Positions 55,670-64,000 of a DNA stretch of 64,000 nucleotides are shown here, piece by piece. Every line of letters begins with the position of its first letter. Within the stretch, counting starts at the first letter, position 1. The stretch is taken from assembly GCA_964016885.1 (NCBI GenBank), contig OZ024751.1, positions 29,946,001-30,010,000 of the forward strand, in the 5' to 3' direction. The notes under the pieces are model-generated. The model made no database searches. It saw only the letters and a program-made list of their open reading frames with translations, and had not been told where the DNA came from. This stretch comes from Eledone cirrhosa (lineage: Eukaryota). The position numbers and the translations under genes were made by a program.

Positions 55670-55850
55670 ATAGTGGTTAGAGTGTTGGACTCGGGATCAT
55701 ATAAGGTTGTGAGTTCAATTTCTGAACTGAGAAACATATTGTGTTCTTGAAGAAAATACTTTATTTCATGTTGCTTCTTCTGACAGGCATTGTGATCAGC
55801 ATAGAAAGACCAATAGAAACATTGTTTCCTTTGTCCAATCTGACAATTGC
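55670..55850 (+). mobile_element. SINE B head and core with tail 3
   Basis: tagtggttagagtgttggactc...gagttcaatt...ttcttgaagaaaatactttatttcatgttgct...gaaagaccaatagaaacattgtttcct. Confidence 0.7.
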
Positions 55851-56219
55851 CCACCAGGCCGAAAAGGACAAACTGTCCAAGTTTTGGCTGTTCTCTGATA
55901 GGTTTGTAATAGAGTTTGTAGCAGTGGAGATTTTTGGTGTTCTTCGTCTTACTGCTACAGACTCTACCATCACATGTCTCTACCATGTATGAATTCTCTG
56001 TGAAATTTTGTTTGTTCAGTGTCTTACTAAAAGTAGACTGCAGGATCATATGCCAGGTCCTGAGTTGGCCTGGAGGTCAGAGGGTCTGATTAAGTTTTGA
56101 CTGGTTTGTGACAGCATGTTCAACCCTTGTTAGCAGGGAAAATAAATGTGAAATGAGGATGATAATAAGAGGACTATTCAGTCTTGCTTAGTACATAACC
56201 ACCTCTATTATGCTGGTGC

Positions 56220-56590
56220 CATGATAAAATGCACCCAGTAATTCTGTAAAGGGGTTAGTATTAAGAAGGGCATCCAGCTGTAGAAACCATGCTCCCAGTA
56301 CACACTGTGAAGTGGTTGGTGTTAGAAAGGGTATCTGGCTGTAGAAACTATGTTTCCAGTACACACTGCAAAATAGTTGATGTTAGGAAGGGCATTTGGC
56401 TGTAGAAACCACACTCCCAGTATCTCTGTAAAGTGGTTGGTATTAGGAAGGACATCCAACTGTTGAAGCCATGTTCACAGTGCAAAGTGGTTGATGTTAG
56501 GAAGGGCATTTGGCTGTAGAAATCGTGGTCATAGTACAGTCTGTAAAGCGGTTGGTGTTTGGAAGGACACCTATCTGTAGAAACCATACA
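56220..56590 (+). repeat. ~60-bp tandem array of a SINE B tail-1 segment, ~6 copies, ending in a normal tail and (GAT)n at ~56720
   Basis: Repeated gtaaagtggttggtgttaggaagggcatccagctgtagaaacca. Confidence 0.85.
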
Positions 56591-57488
56591 TTGCCAAAAT
56601 AAGAAATGTTGGAGCAAGATTTAGTTATCCAATCCATCTAGTTTTGGACAGTGATGACCCATCTAACCCACATGAGCATAGAAAACGGACATACATCAAT
56701 GATGATGATGATGATGATGTGATCCTCCGTGGACTTTGTGCATTATCTTTAGCAAGAAGGAAAATGGTATAGAAGTAAATTGAGAAAACAAACCAAAAAA
56801 GAAAACTGAAAAGCCTTGAATAGCGCTGGCTTAGTTTCAATAAATGACAGTTTTCTGGCACTAACTGTGTAAAGTATCACAGAATCACAACATTCGTTGT
56901 TGTATCAGCTTTGTCTTGACAATGGTTGGGCGGAGGGATGGGGAGGTTTATGGAAGAGAGAGAGAGAGAGAGAGGAGAGGGTGAAAGAGAGACAGACAGA
57001 GGGAAGAGGGTGAAAGAGAAAGAGAGAAAATCTACTGTGTGGATATCTTTGTGTAAGAGGGAGAAAGAGAGAGCATGAGGAGAGAGAGAGAGGAAGGGGA
57101 AGAGAGGGAGCATGGAGAAGGAGAGAGAGAGAGAGAGAGATAGCAAGAGATAGAGAGCAAGGAGGGAGAGAAAGGCTCAATCTATAAACTGGTGATAGCT
57201 TTATGTAAGAGAGAAAGGAAGAATGAGACAGAGAGAGAGAGAACAGGGTGAAAAGAGAGGAACAAAGAGAGAGAAAGGAGAGAGAGAGAGAGAGAGCAGG
57301 AGTGAGACTAAATCTACAAACATTTTAGTTCCTCCTCATTTAAATCTAATTAAATCCAATGTCAAATATGACATGTTCATAATCACATTGATAGAACACA
57401 CAGTCTCACACACACACTCACACACACATATATATGTATGTGTATGCGCATATATATATACACACATATACATATATATATATATGTG

Positions 57489-57571
<83 letters not shown>

Positions 57572-57620
57572 CATATATACAAATATATATATACACACAC
57601 ACATATATATATATATATAT

Positions 57621-57665
<45 letters not shown>

Positions 57666-57678
57666 TATATATATATAT

Positions 57679-57727
<49 letters not shown>

Positions 57728-57744
57728 TACAAATATATATATAT

Positions 57745-57789
<45 letters not shown>

Positions 57790-57804
57790 TATATATATAT
57801 AAAC

Positions 57805-57867
<63 letters not shown>

Positions 57868-58134
57868 TATATAAAAACACACATATATATATAAAAACAC
57901 ACATATCAGGAAAAAGAAAATAAGAATAGTATAAATATATAAATGTAATATAAACATAATTCAAAATTTAATAGAATTTTGTTACCAAAAGACAGAAAGG
58001 AAGGAGGGGCACCTATTAAATACATTTCTTTCATTCTCAGCTTTAGTCTCAGATTGAACCTTCTCAATACCAAACGAAAGTCATATGAAAAATAATAAAA
58101 TGTATTTCCCTATTTTCTTAGTTGATAACTACAA

Positions 58135-58550
58135 TGTTTTCTAGTATAGGCACAAGGCCAGCAATTTTGGCGGAGGGGAAGGTCGATTAAATCGACCCTA
58201 GTGCGTGACTGGTACTTTATTGACCTTGAAAGGATGAAAGGCAAAGTTAACCTCGGCGGGATTTGAACTCAGATCATAAAGGGCCATAACTCTATGCTGT
58301 AAAGCATGGCGTCCGACCCTCAACTAATACTGCCAATCCACCGCCCTTTAGTTGATAACTATAATAATAATTTCTAATTCAGGCACAAGGCCAACAATTT
58401 TGTGGGGTGAGGGGAAAAATTGACTGGTATTCTATTTCAATCGACTCTGTAAGGATGAAAGGCAAAACTAACCTCGGCGGGTTTTGAACTCAGAATGTAA
58501 AGGGCCGTAACTATATGCAGCAAAGCCTTTCGTCTGACACTCTACCGATT
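58135..58550 (-). mobile_element. Two SINE A copies
   Basis: Reverse complement matches at 58135-58341 and ~58370-58550. Confidence 0.8.
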
Positions 58551-58740
58551 TTTCCTATTCATGACTCTACACTAGCTTAATAATGAGTAAGTTAGTTATA
58601 TTACTAAATGACTCCATTTTCTTGATTATTTTCAAAATGGTTTGAAAATCATAGGCAACATCTTTCATTAGAAATATGGTAATTAAAGGGGTAACCTCAC
58701 AGACATTATACTCATTTCTTTGTGCAAGCACCTTCATTAA

Positions 58741-58966
58741 GCCTTTAGCATTTACATTACTCTACTAGTATATTTTCATAGTAAAGGCTTTATCGCACAT
58801 AATTATCTCACAAATTATGGAATCTACAAGATTTCGATGATGTTGCTATTTATTTTGAGAACAAAATAATACCTTAATGTCAGTACGAGTGGCCGGTTAT
58901 GGCCAGTTTGAACAGAAAGAGCTGAGAGAATTCTGGTCGGATATGGCCGGTTTAAATGCTAAAAGG
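58741..58966 (-). mobile_element. MITE D
   Basis: TTAA|gcctttagcatttacattac...tttaaatgctaaaagg|TTAA, reverse orientation. Confidence 0.85.
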
Positions 58967-60018
58967 TTAAGTTATGTCCCAACCACCATTTTAATCCTTT
59001 CGATACCAACCCACCTCAGGTTCTAAGATTCAAAAATGTGTATTTTAATGTGTTTATATTTATCTAAATCGCTTTTCATAATAATTTTATATTATGCAGC
59101 AAGTGTTTTAAGGTCATTTTTCTCTTTGCTAAAGCAGGGGTTAGCTTCGTGGCCTCAATAGAAGGCTTCAGACTCACCACAGGGTTCCTTTCTGAGGCAA
59201 TGTTTTACAGCCAGATGTCCTTCCTACTACCAACCTCTTTAATCAGTTCTTACCATATATGGTAAGCTACACAATGAAGCTATTCTAAACCAGATACACA
59301 CAACATTTCTCTCTTATTCTTGGAAGAAGTAAAGTTAATCCCTTGAATTTAAGTGACATGAATTAATTAATGATGTCAAATATTGGCGGGAAATACTCTG
59401 CAAGTGGGTAATTAGCTGAAATAATGCTCGTTAGAAAACTATTTCCTTTAAGAAGACATTATTTGACATTAACAAGTTCGTAAATTTTAATCCAGAATTT
59501 GATTTTTTTTTTTTTAAATTCTATTTATAAATAGAACAACTTCATTTTTTGATGGGTGGGAAGGTTGGTAGGGATGAGTGTGGAGATTAGAAAGGGTGGG
59601 TGCTTAGGTGGGTAATGAAGGGTAGGTAGGTTGGTAGGGATGAGTGGGGAGATTAGAAAGGATGGGTGTTTAGGTGGGTAATGAAGGGTAGGTGGGTGGA
59701 GGACTAGCCTGTCTTTAATACACATTTTTCTTCTCTGTTGCTTTAATATTATCAGAACAGTATCTGGAATTTATGTGTATGTCATCATCATCATCGTTTT
59801 TATGTCAATTTTTTCCATGTTGGCATGGGTTGCACATGACTTTTTGAGGCAATGTTTTAGAGCCAGATATCTTTTCCTGATACCAACCTTTTTAGACAGT
59901 TCTCCCAGTGCACAGGGATATGGTGTGCCTTTTTAAAACCATATATATATATATATTTGTCCCACCCTTGCAAGCAGGAAAAAGCAGACGTAAAATGATG
60001 ATGATGATGATGATGTAT

Positions 60019-60228
60019 ATTAGAAAGTGAACAACACAAAATATTACTACTCCATTACCAAAGGTTTCTGGATCCTAGACAATATTAATATATGTCTGGA
60101 TCTAGGATCCAGAAACCTTTGCTAATGGAGTAGTAATATTTTGTGTTGTTCACTTTCTAATTAAATAGCTCTGTTCTGTACATAGAGCACTCTTTTTTCC
60201 TTTGCTTTTCCTTCGGAATTACCTAACA
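60019..60228. mobile_element. Fold-back element (family P3)
   Basis: 61-bp inverted arms 60019-60079 / 60101-60161 with 1 mismatch and a 21-nt spacer. One-sided tail ends in (TA)n. The arms begin with a hammerhead-like 3' half, GAAACCTTTGGTA. Confidence 0.6.
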
Positions 60229-60748
60229 TATATATATGTATATGCAAAACGTAAACAGAAATAAAGCAAATGATACAGTCTAATGAAGAAATATATTAGT
60301 TTAATGAGTGATATAGTAGGAAAAGGATCTTGATGTTTCAGACGTGAGTCCTTTATATATATATATAAGGAAAAAAGATGAAATCGAAAATGCAACTGGA
60401 GTCTTTTTAAGAATATTTATTTGTTTCCTTTACCGGTTTCACAGTTCTTACGTTTTTCAAAAGTAGAATTGAGATGGAGGGTTTGTGGTTTTTCTTGCAT
60501 CTCAGATGTGAGAAAAATCACAAACCCTTATACTTGCACTCGTGTAGGACATCTCTTTTTTTTTTTCATTTTGAGAAAAAACCTCATTTTCTTATATATA
60601 TATATATATAAAATGATGATGATGATGATATAATAATAATGATACTATTTATAGTTATGTATATACTATACTATAAACAACTATAAATAGGAAAGGTCAG
60701 TAATTTATTACTACCTTATTACCAGGAAGAGAAATAGCTCATTGATAA

Positions 60749-60795
60749 TGCTCTGATGATTCCAAACTAAAGTTTGGAAGAAACAATTGTCAGCA
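60749..60795 (+). ncRNA. Minimal type I hammerhead ribozyme, intact core
   Basis: TGCT-CTGATGA-TTCCAAAC(TAAA)GTTTGGAA-GAAAC-AATT-GTC|AGCA. Stem I TGCT/AGCA, 8-bp stem II, GAAA, stem III within palindromic ACAATTGT, GUC cleavage triplet ending at 60791. Confidence 0.85.
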
Positions 60796-60857
60796 ATTAA
60801 ATGATTTGAACATAACTTTGATATTTGATATTTGTGTGTATATATATATAGATATAG

Positions 60858-60888
<31 letters not shown>

Positions 60889-61294
60889 TATGAGTTTATC
60901 ACTGAATGAAACAGTACTAGTCCTGTAAATTTTATGTGTGTGTGCGCATTATTTTGGCAGTGGAACAGAAAACCAAAATTAAGATACTTACCAAGATTAT
61001 GATGTCATGCATGATTACCTGCCAAAACAAGAAGATAAACTACCAATTCACCAATTCAACTGTAAATAGTTATAGCAGTGACTATTACTTATTTGTTTTC
61101 TAATGATGCAAAATCTGCTATATAAACATCAGACCTTGTTTCTTTTTGTTTAGTTAGGAGGAAGGGAAATGCTATTACCTTTTGTAGGGTCTCTGAAACT
61201 AATGAGAAGGAAGGTATCACCAAACCAGAAACCTGGTTAAAATTTTAGCAACTGGGGGGATTCTACTAAACCAAGGGGAAGGATGGTTCCACCT

Positions 61295-62126
61295 AATTAA
61301 TTAATTTTGAAAATAATAAAAAATATGAAGGGATTTACTAATGTAACGTAAATAACTTTATATAAGCTGGTGTTTGGAATGTAGCTTAACCCTTTAATAT
61401 TACTCTATATAAAATATTTATATTTTCATGGCTTTACCTCTCATGGCTTTACCTCTCATAATTATTTATCTCACATAATATCGAATCTATGAGATTTTGA
61501 TGTCATTTATTTTGAGAACAATACCTTAATGTCAGTATGAGCAGTCAGTTACAACCAGTTTGAACAGATGTGAAAGAATTCTGGTCGGATATGCCCAGTT
61601 TAAATGCTAAAGAGTTAAGAAAGTTTCTTACATAAAATTACAATGGAAAGCTTTAGATAAATATAAACACTTTGGAACTAACAGCATAGTATCATTATAG
61701 TCAAGAGTAGTTTTAGTCAGTTTGGTATCCATAGCTAAATTTAAGAAAGGTTCTTATATAAAATAATGATGGAAAGTTTTTAGATAAACATGAATACTTT
61801 AAAATACAGTTTTGTACCATTGAACCAGGGTTAGTTCTTTCAAAGGGGTTGGTATCAAAAGGGTTAAGCTGGTGTTTTGAACATAACTTATCAAAGGTTC
61901 TTACACAAAATTATGATGGAAGGTTTTTAGAGAAATCTAAACACTTTAAATTATACAGTTTTGTATCATAAGACAAGGTATGGTTTCGGGTTTGGAACAT
62001 AACTTAACAAAGGTTCTTACACAAAACCATGATGTAAGATTTTTAGATAAATCTAAACACTTTAAAATGTACAGTTTTGTATCATAAGACCAATGGTGGT
62101 TTCAACTAGATTAGTACCCAGAGTTA
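61295..62126 (+). mobile_element. Stack of MITE E fragments containing the nested MITE D
   Basis: Recurrent aaaggttcttacayaaaattatgatggaag.ttttagataaat...tacagttttgtatcata. Right TIR ggtatcaaaaggg|TTAA at ~61851-61867. Confidence 0.65.
61390..61614 (-). mobile_element. MITE D nested in MITE E
   Basis: TTAA at 61386-61389 and 61615-61618. The flanks rejoin to the family E motif tgtttggaacataacTTAAcaaaggttcttacataaaatta. Confidence 0.8.
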
Positions 62127-62379
62127 AAGGAAACCATGAGAATTTGTCTCCTAGTTTCGAAAGTCATTGATCTATAGATATGTATAATCTATAATATACA
62201 ATGTGATATCTTTACTGATGTGTGAAACATTTAATATTTTGTAATTGTTATTGATTATATATCAGTTTAAAATATGTTTCAATTTTAACTCTTCTTGAAT
62301 AGCAGTAATTCAGATTCAGTTGAGCTGTGGCAGACTTATTGCTTAGGAGTAGTTAGTTAATTAGTTAGTAATAGTTATA

Positions 62380-62890
62380 GTGGTAGTGGTAGTAATAGGG
62401 GTGGTGGTGATGGTGGTGGTAGTGATAATGGTGGTGGTAGTAGTGGTGTGGTAGTGATTATAGTGGTTGTGATAGTAGTAGTGGTGTGGTAGTGATTATA
62501 GTGGTTGTGGTAGTAGTAGTGGTGTGGTAGTGATTATAGTGGTTGTGATAGTAGTAGTGGTGTGGTAGTGATAGTAGTGGTTGTGATAGTAGTAGTGGTG
62601 TGGTAGTGATAGTAGTGGTTGTGATAGTAGTAGTGTTGTGGTAGTGATTATAGTGGTGGTGGTAGTAGTAGTGGTGTGGTAGTGATAGTAGTGCGTGTGG
62701 TAGTGATTATAGTGGTTGTGATAGTAGTAGTGGTGTGGTAGTGATTATAGTGGTTGTGATAGTAGTGGTGTGGTAGTGATTATAGTGGTTGTGATAGTAG
62801 TAATGGTGGTGGTAATGGTGGTAGTAATTGTAGTGGTAGTAATGGTGGCAGTGGTGGTGGTGGTGGTGGTGGTAGTAGTAGTAGTAGTAA
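62380..62890. repeat. ~38-bp GT-rich minisatellite built from (GTG)/(TAG) triplets
   Basis: Unit gtggtgtggtagtgattatagtggttgtgatagtagta. Confidence 0.85.
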
Positions 62891-63411
62891 TTAGACTGTT
62901 TAAGTAGCTGCTTTTTAATTAATTATAATAATTATTATTATTGAAATATCATATTGACAGGGAGGAAGCTAGCCCACTCTGTAAGATCTGTGGAGAGAGA
63001 GAGAGAGAGGAAGAGAGAGGAAGAGAGAGAGAGGGGGGAGACTGTGACTTACATCCTATCCAAGTTTAAACACCTCACCCAGACTCATTATAAAGGGGGG
63101 AGGCATGATATCACAGGAAAAGTGATCCACTGGCATTTATGCAAACTGAACAAGTCTCATTTAATTATTATTATTATTGTTGTTGTTGTTGTTAGTATTG
63201 TTGGTGTTGTTGTTGTTAGTAGTAGTAGTAGCAGCAACAGTAGTAGTATTGGTGGTGGTGATGGTAGTAGTAGTGTTGTCGTCGTTATTGTTAGTAGTAA
63301 TAGTAGTAGTTGTTGTAGTTTTGTTGGTGTTCTTGTTAGTAGTAGTAGTAGTAGTGTTGTTTTTGTTGTTGTTGTCGCTGTTTATAGTAGTAGTAGTTTT
63401 GTTGGTGGTCT

Positions 63412-63446
<35 letters not shown>

Positions 63447-64000
63447 ATGTTGTTGTTGTTGTAATATAGTAACTGGTATTTATTTGATTGAAACTGAATG
63501 GGTGGAAAGATGAAATCAACCCTAACAAGATATAGACAGAGATAGGATAGTAAAACTGGTGGGTGGGTGGGTGGGTAGGTGGTGGGTGGGTGGGTAGGTG
63601 GCGCTGTTCTTTGAATTGTATTGCAGACCGGTCAGTTGTCTACCAAAGGATTAATGGTTGTTATATATCAAGTATGTTGTAGCAACAAAATGGGAGTCCG
63701 TAGATCATCTTCATCATCACCATCATCATCATCATCATCATCACCACCACCATCATCACCATCATCATCATCATCATCATCATCACCACCATCATCACCA
63801 TCATCACCATCATCATCATCATCACCATCATCATCATCATATCATCATCATCATCATCACCATCACCACCATCATCATCATCATCATCATCACCATCATC
63901 ATCATTGTCATCATCATCACAACCATCATCATGATTATCACCACCACCATCATCTTCACCATCATCATCACCACCATCACCACCATCACCATGGGTTGTT

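Noticed and set aside
55435-56049. 204-aa minus-strand ORF
   Set aside because: Runs antisense through a SINE B copy; no recognisable protein features.
60430-60545. Minus-strand GAAACCGGTA plus a long hairpin (also GAAACTAG at ~62150-62160)
   Set aside because: Only the 3' half of a hammerhead is visible, with no CTGANGA. May be PLE remnants but not supportable.

Overview
AT-rich eukaryotic DNA dominated by microsatellites, minisatellites, tRNA-derived SINEs and MITEs. The repeat families look octopod (cephalopod mollusc); this is an inference from sequence style. Almost every ORF in the supplied track is a translation of simple repeats. I found one convincing host coding exon, a 113-bp + strand exon of WDR4/Trm82 (39409-39521), so the window is probably mostly two very large WDR4 introns. 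One internally deleted DD37D (maT) Tc1/mariner transposon with TIRs and a TA TSD lies at 49149-50039. The most interesting signal is a set of short non-coding elements, mostly abutting (TA)n tracts, that carry minimal type I hammerhead ribozymes. One is intact (60749-60795, + strand), a paralogue shows compensatory changes (52482-52528, - strand) and several are decayed. Related fold-back elements have their apex at the ribozyme core and share a 3' tail stem-loop, and a decayed GIY-YIG-like relic is also present. Together these suggest a Penelope-like retroelement / ribozyme system. Other observations: TTAA-specific piggyBac-type MITEs with nested insertions, CORE-type SINEs with swapped tails, and minisatellites derived from SINE tails. 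Coordinates were read by eye, so repeat boundaries are approximate.
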